A model generated the notes under the pieces. The model saw nothing but the letters and a program-made list of their open reading frames with translations. It was not told where the DNA came from and searched no databases. From Patescibacteria group bacterium (GTDB lineage: Bacteria > Patescibacteriota > Minisyncoccia > Phycocordibacterales > Phycocordibacteraceae), in contig JAGWVF010000002.1 in NCBI GenBank assembly GCA_018971045.1, positions 65,133 through 129,132 on the forward strand: a stretch of DNA of 64,000 nt. Direction: 5' to 3'. Of this stretch, positions 46,477 to 55,740 are shown in pieces (the first letter of the stretch is position 1; each line of letters starts with the position of its first letter). A program made the position numbers and the translations under genes.

Positions 46477-47190
46477 ATGACCGTCCTCATAATCGCGTTC
46501 GCCGCCTCGGCGGCAACCTTTATCGGAGGGAGTTTCGCCCTGCGCTTCCGCGACAAACTCCACCTCATTCTCGGTTTTTCGGCTGGCGCAGTCGCGGGCG
46601 TTGCGCTCTTTGATCTTTTGCCCGAGGCGATTTCGCTCGGCTCACAGTATCATTCCGCTGAGACGGTGGCGCTCGGCATCGCCGCCGGCCTTTTCGGGTA
46701 CCTGATTCTTGATCGGCTTATTCTGCTCCACTCGCATGAAGAAGATGAAGCGGCGAGTACGCCTCGCGGATTTCTCGGAGCGCTCACGCTCTCCACGCAC
46801 AGCTTTCTCGACGGTATCGCGATCGGCGTCGGGTTCCAGGCGACCACGGCGATCGGGATTATCGTAGCCGCCGCGGTGCTGACGCATGATTTCTCCGATG
46901 GCATCAACACGGTCAATCTGGTGTTGCGCAATGGCGGGACATGGAAGGCGGCTCTGCGCTGGCTCGCGGTTGACGCCGCGGCGCCGTTTCTCGGCGCCGC
47001 GGCGACGCTTTTCTTTCATATTTCCGAATCGGCGATCGGGCTCGTGCTTGCCGTTTTCGTCGGTTCTTTCCTCTATCTCGCGGCGAGCGATCTTATTCCC
47101 GAGAGCCACCATCGCCATCCTCGCGCGCTCACGACCGTCATGACGCTCTTTGGCGCACTGGTGATTTATATCGTGGTTCACGTGGTATAA
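46477..47190 (+). CDS. ZIP family metal transporter
   Basis: GFSAG, DLLPEA, HSFLDG, HDFSDG, DLIPESH; TATGAT 6 nt before ATG. Confidence 0.92.
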   Translation: MTVLIIAFAASAATFIGGSFALRFRDKLHLILGFSAGAVAGVALFDLLPEAISLGSQYHSAETVALGIAAGLFGYLILDRLILLHSHEEDEAASTPRGFLGALTLSTHSFLDGIAIGVGFQATTAIGIIVAAAVLTHDFSDGINTVNLVLRNGGTWKAALRWLAVDAAAPFLGAAATLFFHISESAIGLVLAVFVGSFLYLAASDLIPESHHRHPRALTTVMTLFGALVIYIVVHVV

Positions 47191-47200
47191 TACGAAGCGT

Positions 47201-47536
47201 ATGAAACTATTTTTCCACTGGTTCGTCGCGGCGTTGACTATCCTCATCGCCGCATACATTGTTCCGAACGTGTCGGTAACGCTCGCGGGAGCGGCGATAG
47301 CGGCGGTAGTTCTCGGGGCGCTCAACCTTTTCATTCGCCCGATCCTTATGATATTGACGCTGCCTATTACGATTGTAACGCTCGGCCTCTTCTCGATCGT
47401 GATTAACGCGGTGCTCGTTATGCTCGCGTCGCTCGTAGTTCCCGGCTTTTTCGTCGGCGGATTCGGGACGGCGCTCCTCTTTGCGTTCACGCTTTCGGTG
47501 ATCAACTGGGTATTCCATCGGTGGGCGACATTTTAA
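47201..47536 (+). CDS. YvlD-like 4-TM membrane protein (holin superfamily IV)
   Basis: LNLFIRPIL.ILTLPITIVTLGLF..VINA. Confidence 0.85.
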   Translation: MKLFFHWFVAALTILIAAYIVPNVSVTLAGAAIAAVVLGALNLFIRPILMILTLPITIVTLGLFSIVINAVLVMLASLVVPGFFVGGFGTALLFAFTLSVINWVFHRWATF

Positions 47537-47537
47537 T

Positions 47538-47741
47538 ATGATCGATCCTGAACTTGCCGCGAAGCTTGACGAGATCGGCGCGAAGGCCGACCGAGCGTAC
47601 CAGGCCGCCGAGAAGGTGCGGAAGTACCTCTTTTGGGCCGGCGTCATCAGTATCGCGCTCTTCGTCATTCCCGCCGTCGGCCTCGCCTTCGTCATTCCGA
47701 AATTCATCGCCGCCTATTCGACCACGCTCGGGGGAATCTGA
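47538..47741 (+). CDS. Small single-TM hypothetical protein
   Basis: Compact ORF abutting the upstream gene; EKVRKYLFW followed by TM. Confidence 0.7.
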   Translation: MIDPELAAKLDEIGAKADRAYQAAEKVRKYLFWAGVISIALFVIPAVGLAFVIPKFIAAYSTTLGGI

Positions 47742-48359
47742 CTAAATCGCGCGTTTCCCGCGGATGATGTTGAAGAGAATCGGAAAGAAAGAAACAATGA
47801 TAATTACGAGAGAAAGGGGGAGAACGTAATGCTCACTGTTCGGAAGAAGCGAACCCAAGGTGTAGCCGAGGAGTACCATCCCGGCTCCCCAGAGACAGCC
47901 GCCGATAATATTAAAGAAGAGGAATTTCTTATATGTCATCGAACCGATGCCGGCGAGTATGGGAGCAATCGTGCGTACGATGGGGACGAAACGCGCGAGA
48001 ATAACCGCCCGCCCGCCGTAGTTCTCGTAGAACCGTTCGGTTCGTCTCAGATACTCGCGCTTAAAGAAGAAAGAGTCTTTTCTGGAGAAGAAATTTACCC
48101 CGACATTGGCGCCGAACCAGTAGCCGACTGAGTCGCCTATAATAGCGGCTGCGGCGACAAAGAGGGTAAGAGGAAGGATAGCGAGCGTCCCGTTCGAGGA
48201 GAGAAGTCCGGCCGCGAAGAGGAGCGAATCGCCGGGAAGGAAGATGCCGAAGAGCAATCCGCTCTCCGCGAAGATAAGGAACGCGATGCCGACGTAACCG
48301 CCGGTTCGGATCATCGCGATCGGATCAAGATTCACGCAAGCGGAAAGAAAATTCAACAC
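47742..48359 (-). CDS. DedA family membrane protein
   Basis: FAESGLLFGIFLPGDSLLF, GDSVGYWFG, ARFVPIVRT. Confidence 0.93.
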   Translation of the reverse strand: MLNFLSACVNLDPIAMIRTGGYVGIAFLIFAESGLLFGIFLPGDSLLFAAGLLSSNGTLAILPLTLFVAAAAIIGDSVGYWFGANVGVNFFSRKDSFFFKREYLRRTERFYENYGGRAVILARFVPIVRTIAPILAGIGSMTYKKFLFFNIIGGCLWGAGMVLLGYTLGSLLPNSEHYVLPLSLVIIIVSFFPILFNIIRGKRAI

Positions 48360-48379
48360 CCCCGTATTTTATCAGATAG

Positions 48380-48414
48380 AAAACAAGACGGGCGCCAGAG
48401 TTATCCGGCGCCCG
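48380..48414 (-). terminator. Intrinsic terminator of orphan gene
   Basis: Minus strand CGGGCGCCGGA-TAAC-TCTGGCGCCCG-TCTTGTTTT. Confidence 0.7.
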
Positions 48415-48427
48415 CGAGAATGATTGT

Positions 48428-48949
48428 CTATCTGGGGACGAGCTTCAAAAACAAATCGGCAAACGCCTGCTCGGAGCGGAACACGGTTTCGGCGCGTTCT
48501 GCCTGCCGGATATCGCGATCGCGCCTCTCTTCGAGCGATCGTTCGAAATGCTTTTTCCAGAACCCGGGCGTATCGTCGCCGCCAAGCCGCTGCTTCGGGA
48601 AATCATGTTCGGATTCGCGGCAGTGATGCCCGGCCCAGAGTAGCTTCACGGCAAGCTTTCCGTCCTCGTCCGCCACTGGGAACCCCCGCTCGTCGACGAT
48701 AGCCGTCGGAGAGGTGATTTGGACCCAAAGACATCCTGGTGCTGGCGTGGCAACGTGACTCAAGACGCGAGAATAGCGGATTGCGTATAATCCTTTGAGG
48801 GCATTCGCAACCCAGCCGCTGTTTGGAGGCGCTTGCGACGCGTTGTCGACGAACCGCAGCGTATTCTCGATGAGAATGATTCTGTTCGTCGGCCGCCCGG
48901 GACTCCTTCCGCGAGGCAAGTAGCGATGATCGTCATACCATAGGATCAT
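48428..48949 (-). CDS. Hypothetical orphan protein
   Basis: GGAG 6 nt before ATG (MILWYDDHRY), TTGACT-N16-TAATTT upstream, terminator downstream. Confidence 0.6.
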   Translation of the reverse strand: MILWYDDHRYLPRGRSPGRPTNRIILIENTLRFVDNASQAPPNSGWVANALKGLYAIRYSRVLSHVATPAPGCLWVQITSPTAIVDERGFPVADEDGKLAVKLLWAGHHCRESEHDFPKQRLGGDDTPGFWKKHFERSLEERRDRDIRQAERAETVFRSEQAFADLFLKLVPR

Positions 48950-49072
48950 AATGCACTCCAATGTACACGCGCGGATCCCCCACGCAAGGATGCTTATCAA
49001 GGGCAATAAGCCTGATATGAAATTATCATGTCGATGTGATTAGTCAAAAATTAATATCGTATACTGTGGAGT

Positions 49073-51847
49073 ATGGAATCTTCGCCGAAGCTCTCGACGC
49101 CTGAAGAAGAACTCTCGTATTTGCGCGAACAGGTGCTCCGCAAGGAGCGCGAGATAGCCCTTCAAACGGGGATCGAGAACACTAGCCCGGAACGCGAGCG
49201 GATCATCAGGGAACAGGTGCGCGCGCACCAAACGGCGCCTGCCGAAGCGTTCTCGCCCGAATATCATCTGAATGAAGCGACCCAAGCGGCGGCGGCGGAC
49301 GCGATTCTCGCCGAACTTGAACTTGGAAGTGGCGAGGAAGCGATCAAGAGCCTACAGAAAATCCTCGAGGAAAAGGGAATCAGGAACGCTCTCGCCGTCG
49401 CCGAGAAGATGCGCGATCCTCACGCAACCGACGACTTCCATCGCTATTTGGTGCGTTATGTCGCCGCCGGCCTGCCGATGCATGAAGGAGACGAGAAGGC
49501 GCCGCGCTTCCGGTCGCTTCATATGACGCTCTACGAGATCGCGCTTCCCGAGCCGAAGGCGGTCGAGCAGGGAGGACGGCAGAAGACTCTCAAAGAACTT
49601 ATTTCGGGCATGGAGCAGTTGTATGCCGGCCTCCTCTCGATCGAGGACGCTCTGCCGGGCGAACCGACGTACTATGCGCTCGAGCTCGCGGTGCCGGCAC
49701 ACAGTCCCGAATTGCAATTTTACGCCGCCATCCCGAATACGAAGAAGAATCTTTTTGAAAAACAGCTCCTCGCCGTCTTTCCCGGTGCGCGTCTGGTGCC
49801 TCAGCCGTACGATTACAACGTATTCGTTTCGAACGGTACGACGCTCGCCTCGGTCGCCGCGCTCGCAGAAAATCCGGCGCTCCCGTTGAAGGATTACGCT
49901 GATTTCGACCACGATCCTTTGAACGCGCTTATCAATGCTTTCGCTAAAATCGAGAACACCGGCGAGGGCGCCGCGCTCCAGATCATCATCGAGCCGCGCG
50001 CCGATCGGCACATGAAGCATTATCAAAAGATCCTGCAGGCGCTTCGCAAAGGCGAGAGACATGATGTGGCGTTCAAGACGCCCGAGACGATCATTGGTGA
50101 AATCGGGCGCGATTTCTCCCGCATCCTATTCTCGAATAAACCGAAGGACGTACAGAAGGCTAAAGAGGCCGAGACGCGCCAGATCGAAGCGAATAAGACC
50201 GCTATCGAGCAAGTCGAGAAGAAGATCGCGATGCCGATCGTCGGAGCCACGATCCGAGTCGTCGCGTCCTCGCACGACGCGCATACGGCGGCGCGGATCC
50301 TCGACGAGATCGAGTCGACCTTTCATCAGTTCGGAAATACGCAAGGGAATCATATCGAGTTCGCGCGCGCTACGGATCGAAGTGCGCAAGCGGTATTTGA
50401 CGCATTTTCCTTCCGTCTTCCGTCATCCGACGCGCTCCCGCTCTCCCTGCGCGAACTGACGACGATCTACCATTTTCCTCCATCGGGAATGGAGTCATCG
50501 CCGCATCTCCGGCAGGAGCGCTTCACGCACGCGCCGGCGCCGATCTCTCTGCCGCAGACAGGCGTACTGCTTGGCATTAATAATTATCGAGGGAAAGAGA
50601 CGCGTGTCTGCCTCGATCCTGAAGATCGCCTCCGTCATCTCTACGTCATCGGCCAAACCGGCACCGGGAAGACCGGACTCTTGAAGTCGATGATTCAACA
50701 AGACATTATGCGCGGGGAGGGATGCTGTTTTATTGATCCGCACGGCACCGACATTCTCGACATCCTCGCGATGGTGCCGCCTGCGCGTTACAAGGACGTT
50801 ATCTATTTCGACCCCGCCGATCTCTCGAGGCCGTTTGCGCTCAACTTCCTCGAGTATGACCTCTCGCGTCCGGAGCAGAAGACCTTCATCGTCAACGAAC
50901 TCCTCATGATCTTTCGCCGTCTCTACGGCGACGTTCCCGAGAGCATGGGGCCGGCGTTCGAGCAATACTTCCGCAACGCGACGCAACTCGTGATGGAGGA
51001 CCCGGCGAGCGGTTCCACCATCCTCGATATCGCGCGCGTTCTCTCAAATAGTGAATTTCGGCGGATGAAGCTCGCGAAAAGTATGAACCCGATCGTCAAC
51101 CAATTCTGGAACGAGATCGCGACTAAAGCTGGTGGCGAAGCATCGCTTGAAAATGTGGTGCCCCATATCACCAACAAGTTCGATGATTTCACCGCAAACG
51201 ACTTCATCCGGCCGATCGTCGGACAACAGCACTCCTCTTTTAATTTCCGCGAGGTGATGGATTCGAAGAAGATCCTACTCGTTAATCTCTCGAAGGGCCG
51301 CTTGGGCGAGAAGAACGCCAATCTTCTCGGACTCATCATCGTCGGTAAGCTCTTTATGGCGGCGCTTTCGCGCGCCGACTCGCCTCGCGCTCATTTTCCG
51401 CCTTTTTATCTCTATATTGACGAATTCCACAATGTAACGACCGATTCGATCCCCGGCATCCTCTCGGAAGCGCGCAAATATAAGCTTGCGCTCTCCGTGG
51501 CACATCAGTTCCTTAATCAGGTCGAGGAAGCGACGCGCCAAGCCGTGTTCGGCAACGTCGGCAATATGGCGATATTCCGCATCGGCGAAGAAGACGCGGA
51601 ATTTTTCGAAAAGCAGTTCGCGCCCGTCTTTACCGCGCTTGATTTCGTGAATATCGAGAATCGCAATGCGTACGTGAAGATTCTCGCGAAAGGCGTCCCG
51701 CAAAAGCCGTTTGATATGCGAACGCCGGATACGCCCGCCGGAAATCCCGAGCAGATCGACGATCTTATTCAACTCTCATCGCTCACTTACGGCCGCGATC
51801 GTGCTACAGTGGAGACTATGATCCGCGAACGGTATCTTACGCACTGA
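49073..51847 (+). CDS. VirD4/TraD/HerA-like P-loop ATPase with long N-terminal extension
   Basis: RLRHLYVIGQTGTGKT, IDPHG, LYIDEFHN, SEARKY, AHQ, GNVG. Confidence 0.88.
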   Translation: MESSPKLSTPEEELSYLREQVLRKEREIALQTGIENTSPERERIIREQVRAHQTAPAEAFSPEYHLNEATQAAAADAILAELELGSGEEAIKSLQKILEEKGIRNALAVAEKMRDPHATDDFHRYLVRYVAAGLPMHEGDEKAPRFRSLHMTLYEIALPEPKAVEQGGRQKTLKELISGMEQLYAGLLSIEDALPGEPTYYALELAVPAHSPELQFYAAIPNTKKNLFEKQLLAVFPGARLVPQPYDYNVFVSNGTTLASVAALAENPALPLKDYADFDHDPLNALINAFAKIENTGEGAALQIIIEPRADRHMKHYQKILQALRKGERHDVAFKTPETIIGEIGRDFSRILFSNKPKDVQKAKEAETRQIEANKTAIEQVEKKIAMPIVGATIRVVASSHDAHTAARILDEIESTFHQFGNTQGNHIEFARATDRSAQAVFDAFSFRLPSSDALPLSLRELTTIYHFPPSGMESSPHLRQERFTHAPAPISLPQTGVLLGINNYRGKETRVCLDPEDRLRHLYVIGQTGTGKTGLLKSMIQQDIMRGEGCCFIDPHGTDILDILAMVPPARYKDVIYFDPADLSRPFALNFLEYDLSRPEQKTFIVNELLMIFRRLYGDVPESMGPAFEQYFRNATQLVMEDPASGSTILDIARVLSNSEFRRMKLAKSMNPIVNQFWNEIATKAGGEASLENVVPHITNKFDDFTANDFIRPIVGQQHSSFNFREVMDSKKILLVNLSKGRLGEKNANLLGLIIVGKLFMAALSRADSPRAHFPPFYLYIDEFHNVTTDSIPGILSEARKYKLALSVAHQFLNQVEEATRQAVFGNVGNMAIFRIGEEDAEFFEKQFAPVFTALDFVNIENRNAYVKILAKGVPQKPFDMRTPDTPAGNPEQIDDLIQLSSLTYGRDRATVETMIRERYLTH

Positions 51848-51850
51848 CGT

Positions 51851-53611
51851 ATGGCATCTCCCGAACAACTTGGACGCCGGACAAATGGTCCGGAAAAAAT
51901 CGAAACCACGTTACCCGCATCACCGTCCGATGATCTGACAGGGACAGATCGCGACGATTTTATTGCGGCGCTTAAAAAATTACGATCGCGCGCCCTCGAA
52001 GACGGAGATTACCAGAAAATGTTTGCAATTGAAAACAGGCTCTGGGGAAAGGGTGGAATTGATGAAAAAGCGCTTTTGGGGAAGGAAGGGATTGACGAAG
52101 GAAGCGCCACGAGCCAGCCGCACGAGGAAGTCAAAAAAGATCCAGGTGAATTTCCAGCTTCAGTGGAAGCCGACGTGGATCCTTTTGCGGAAGATGAAGA
52201 TATGAGCGGGACGCCCGACGGGACGAGAGAATGGAGTGCGCGATGGAGAGGGAAACTGCGCAGTATCGTCGAGGGTTCAAAGGAACTGGTCGGCGGGTTG
52301 AGCGAGCGCGGCGCGCGCCTCTCCGAATATCTGAAGAATCGTTCAGTTGAAATAGACGCGAAAGCGGAAATGAGTAAATTGGAAAGAGGCTTTCGATGGA
52401 TGGGCGAGCGGTACGACAAGCTGGGATGGAAGTCGAAGGTCGCGATCGGCGCGAGTCTTGGCATCGGGGCAGGCGCCGCCTCCGCCATTTCTCTTCCCGT
52501 AGCGCTTGCGCTGACCGGAGGCATCGCGGCACAGCGGGTGTTTGGATTGGCAAGCGCGTTCACGAAGCTCGAGAAGCGGTATCAAGACAAGGAATCCGGC
52601 GGGTTTTTCGCGAAGAAAGAGAGGGCGATGGGGAAGGCGATGGTTCACGCGGCCTTCATGACGGGTGTGATGCTCGCCGTGGCCGAGGGGGCGAAAGAGG
52701 TTACCGAATACGCGAGAGAGCATCAGTTGACCGAGAGATTGCTGGAGTGGCTGAGGCATTCTCACTCCCTCGATCACTCCGCGCCGCCAACAGCGGCGCA
52801 TCCCGCGCCCGTTCTCGAAATGAATGCGCCCGCGAGCGGCAACCTCATGCCCGAGGTGTCGGTCGAGGCTTCTTCGAGAGGCTACGAAGGAATGACCAGG
52901 CACTTGTGGGAGCGATTGCAGGAACAGCATCTCGACCCGAGCAAGTTTCCTGAAGGGAGCGATATCCGCAGGCTTTTGGAGGCCGACGCGCATTCGATCG
53001 GAAAGGTCGCGCATCAGATCGCGAGCGATCCGTCGCACGGCTTCTTCAAGCCTGACGGTACGAGCGTCGTCGTCCCCGAGTCGGCGCATATGACCATCGG
53101 CGCTGACGGGCAACTGCATATGAGTGATTCGGCCCTTCCCGGAGGCTTTGTGCACGCGCCCGAGAACGCGGCCGTAACCGAAGGGTCTCAGCATCATTAT
53201 GAATGGGAGAATGAGCCGGTGAGAACGACCGTTGAACCAGTCCCAAGCGATACTCCCGCGTACGACGTTCCGCAAAATACGACGCCGGAGTCCGCTCCGT
53301 TCCAGACGCCCGACTCGCTTATCGAAACGCCTACACCCGACGCGCATATTTATAGCGGCTTAGACGGAGGCCGGCCGATCGCATTCGGCGGGACGCCAGA
53401 GAAGCTTCACGCGGCGATCACGGAGTATCTGAAGCAAAATCCGGGGAAGGGCATTGTCGGCAACGATGATGCGGGAGCGCATCGCGTTCTTTGGCATCTG
53501 GTTGACGACAAACTCACTTCGAGCGCCCCCTTGCGGGAAAAAATCTTCGGCCTCTTTTCGAGAACGCTCCCGCCGTTCGGCCCCGATGATTTCAGAAATA
53601 TTATCACCTAG
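51851..53611 (+). CDS. Hypothetical protein with central Gly/Ala-rich hydrophobic segments
   Basis: 586-aa ORF starting 3 nt after the ATPase stop; VAIGASLGIGAGAASAISLPVALALTGG. Confidence 0.7.
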   Translation: MASPEQLGRRTNGPEKIETTLPASPSDDLTGTDRDDFIAALKKLRSRALEDGDYQKMFAIENRLWGKGGIDEKALLGKEGIDEGSATSQPHEEVKKDPGEFPASVEADVDPFAEDEDMSGTPDGTREWSARWRGKLRSIVEGSKELVGGLSERGARLSEYLKNRSVEIDAKAEMSKLERGFRWMGERYDKLGWKSKVAIGASLGIGAGAASAISLPVALALTGGIAAQRVFGLASAFTKLEKRYQDKESGGFFAKKERAMGKAMVHAAFMTGVMLAVAEGAKEVTEYAREHQLTERLLEWLRHSHSLDHSAPPTAAHPAPVLEMNAPASGNLMPEVSVEASSRGYEGMTRHLWERLQEQHLDPSKFPEGSDIRRLLEADAHSIGKVAHQIASDPSHGFFKPDGTSVVVPESAHMTIGADGQLHMSDSALPGGFVHAPENAAVTEGSQHHYEWENEPVRTTVEPVPSDTPAYDVPQNTTPESAPFQTPDSLIETPTPDAHIYSGLDGGRPIAFGGTPEKLHAAITEYLKQNPGKGIVGNDDAGAHRVLWHLVDDKLTSSAPLREKIFGLFSRTLPPFGPDDFRNIIT

Positions 53612-53629
53612 TATGCTATCCTCTTCCTT

Positions 53630-53926
53630 ATGCACGACGAATTGACGGCCCTTATCGCCAAAGACCTCGGTATTGAATCACTGCCTCTTGATGATCAGAA
53701 GAATCTTATCGCGCAGTTCGGCGAAGTGGCGCTTAAGGCGGCGACACTCGCGGTAACGGAGAAGCTCTCGGCCGACAAGCAGGCGGAATTCATGAAGCTT
53801 GCCGAAGTCGGCGATGCGAAGGAGCTCAAAACGTTCCTCGATCGCGAAGTTCCCGATCACGAAGATATCGCTCAAGCCGCGGTCGCCGAGGAACTTAAGA
53901 AGTTTAAAGAATTTCAGACGCCGTAG
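53630..53926 (+). CDS. Small acidic helical CPR-type protein (DUF5663-like)
   Basis: DLGIESLP...FLDREVPD pattern; -10-like TATCCT 7 nt upstream. Confidence 0.7.
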   Translation: MHDELTALIAKDLGIESLPLDDQKNLIAQFGEVALKAATLAVTEKLSADKQAEFMKLAEVGDAKELKTFLDREVPDHEDIAQAAVAEELKKFKEFQTP

Positions 53927-53952
53927 TATACTGCCTACGTAACATTAAAATT

Positions 53953-54501
53953 ATGAAACCGACTCAAACTGGAATCGTTACCGCACTCGCGCTCACGGTC
54001 ATCGTTGTCTTTTTCGCCTTCCCGGGCCTGTCGCCGTTTAATCAGCCTCAGACTCAATCGCAAACCGCTGCGGCTGATCAGGCGCAAGATTTATCCACCA
54101 ATCCGCAGGCACAACCTGCGGCTACCACATCCGTTACCATGCCTACCGATACCCCCAAGATTACTCAGCTCATGATGAAGGATGAAGTCGTCGGAACCGG
54201 CAGTGCCGCCGCCGCGGGTGACACCGTTACCGTAAATTATGTCGGCGCGCTTACGAACGGCACGGTTTTCGACGCGTCCGCGAAGCATGGCTCGGACGGA
54301 TTCACCTTTACGCTCGGCGCCGGACAGGTGATCAAGGGTTGGGATCAGGGCATCGTTGGAATGAAAGTCGGCGGGAAGCGCATGCTCGCCATTCCCTCGG
54401 CGCTCGCGTACGGCAGTCAGGCAGTGGGCAATGTGATTCCGGCCAATTCCGATCTCATATTCGAGGTGGAACTTTTGAAGGTGGTCAAAGGGGCAAAATA
54501 A
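53953..54501 (+). CDS. FKBP-type peptidyl-prolyl isomerase
   Basis: VNYVGALTNGTVFDAS, GQVIKGWDQG, IPANSDLIFEVEL. Confidence 0.95.
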   Translation: MKPTQTGIVTALALTVIVVFFAFPGLSPFNQPQTQSQTAAADQAQDLSTNPQAQPAATTSVTMPTDTPKITQLMMKDEVVGTGSAAAAGDTVTVNYVGALTNGTVFDASAKHGSDGFTFTLGAGQVIKGWDQGIVGMKVGGKRMLAIPSALAYGSQAVGNVIPANSDLIFEVELLKVVKGAK

Positions 54502-54525
54502 ACAGCTATCTGCTAGGGTGAGGGG

Positions 54526-55740
54526 ATGAGCGCCCTGACATTTAAGATCGAAGCCCGCGCCGCTCAGCACGGCCGCGCGGGGGTACTCACGACGCCGCAC
54601 GGCAGTATCCGCACGCCCGCCTTTGTTCCGGTCGGTACCAAAGCAAACGTGAAGGGTATTCTACCGAGCCAAATGCTTGCGCTCGGCGCTCAGGCGGTGC
54701 TCGCGAATACGTATCATCTCTATCTCCAGCCGGGCGAGACGATCGTGAAGAGAGCGGGAGGTCTCGGCGAGTTTATGCGATGGCCGGGGCCGACGATGAC
54801 CGATTCGGGCGGATTTCAGGTGTTCTCGCTCGGCGCCGCCTTCGGAAAAACGATTTCAAAATTTACCGCCGGCGAGACTCCGGAAGAGGAGGCCGTCGCC
54901 ATCTATGATGAGAGCGTCGCCAGCCAGCACGGCCAACTTGCGGTTATCGACGACGAGGGCGTTACCTTTACCTCGCACCTCGACGGATCGCTCCATCGAT
55001 TCACTCCGGAGCGCTCGGTTGAGATCCAGCATGCGCTCGGCGCCGACCTCTTCTTCGCGTTTGATGAGTGCACCTCGCCGGTCGAGCCGTATGCCTATCA
55101 GCGCGAGGCGATGGACCGGACGCATCGCTGGGCCGCGCGTTCGCTTACGGCGCATCGGCAGGATCTCGACGCGAACAAGAAACAGGCGATATTCGGCATC
55201 GTGCAGGGCGGCCGATATGAAGATTTGCGCCGCGAGTCCGCTCGGGAGATCGCCTCGCTCGGCTTTGACGGCATCGGCATCGGCGGATCGTTTTCAAAGG
55301 AGGACATGCGCGGAGCGCTTCAAGCGGCCGTGGAAGAATTGCCCGTTGAGCTTCCGCGCCACTTCCTCGGCATCGGCGAACCGGGCGACCTTCTCGAGGG
55401 CATCATGCAGGGAATGGATCTTTTCGATTGCGTCGCGTCGACGCGGATCGGCCGGCACGGATCCGTTTACACGCGCCGCGGCATCATCCACCTGAAGAGC
55501 GAGAGATATCGCGATGATTTCTCGCCGATCGATCCGAGTTATGCGGCGCCGGGAACCGAGGGATTCACGCGCGCGTACGTGGCGCATCTGATCCGATCGA
55601 AAGAAATGCTCGGCTCGCAGATCTGTTCGATGCACAACATCGGCTTCATTCTTGCGCTTGTCGACGGCGCTCGCCAGGCTCTTCTTGAGGGGCGGTTCGA
55701 CGCGTACCGTTCGGACTTCATTCGCGACTACTATGGATAA
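54526..55740 (+). CDS. tgt: tRNA-guanine transglycosylase
   Basis: TPAFVPVGT, ANTYHL, TDSGGFQVFSL, GIVQGG, DLFDCV, HN. Confidence 0.95.
   Translation: MSALTFKIEARAAQHGRAGVLTTPHGSIRTPAFVPVGTKANVKGILPSQMLALGAQAVLANTYHLYLQPGETIVKRAGGLGEFMRWPGPTMTDSGGFQVFSLGAAFGKTISKFTAGETPEEEAVAIYDESVASQHGQLAVIDDEGVTFTSHLDGSLHRFTPERSVEIQHALGADLFFAFDECTSPVEPYAYQREAMDRTHRWAARSLTAHRQDLDANKKQAIFGIVQGGRYEDLRRESAREIASLGFDGIGIGGSFSKEDMRGALQAAVEELPVELPRHFLGIGEPGDLLEGIMQGMDLFDCVASTRIGRHGSVYTRRGIIHLKSERYRDDFSPIDPSYAAPGTEGFTRAYVAHLIRSKEMLGSQICSMHNIGFILALVDGARQALLEGRFDAYRSDFIRDYYG

Noticed and set aside
47201-47536. Prophage suggested by holin-family and baseplate-like genes
   Set aside because: The two genes are 20 kb apart among housekeeping genes; no capsid, terminase, integrase or lysin.
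49073-51847. Conjugative element
   Set aside because: No relaxase, mating-pair genes, integrase or boundary repeats recognised.
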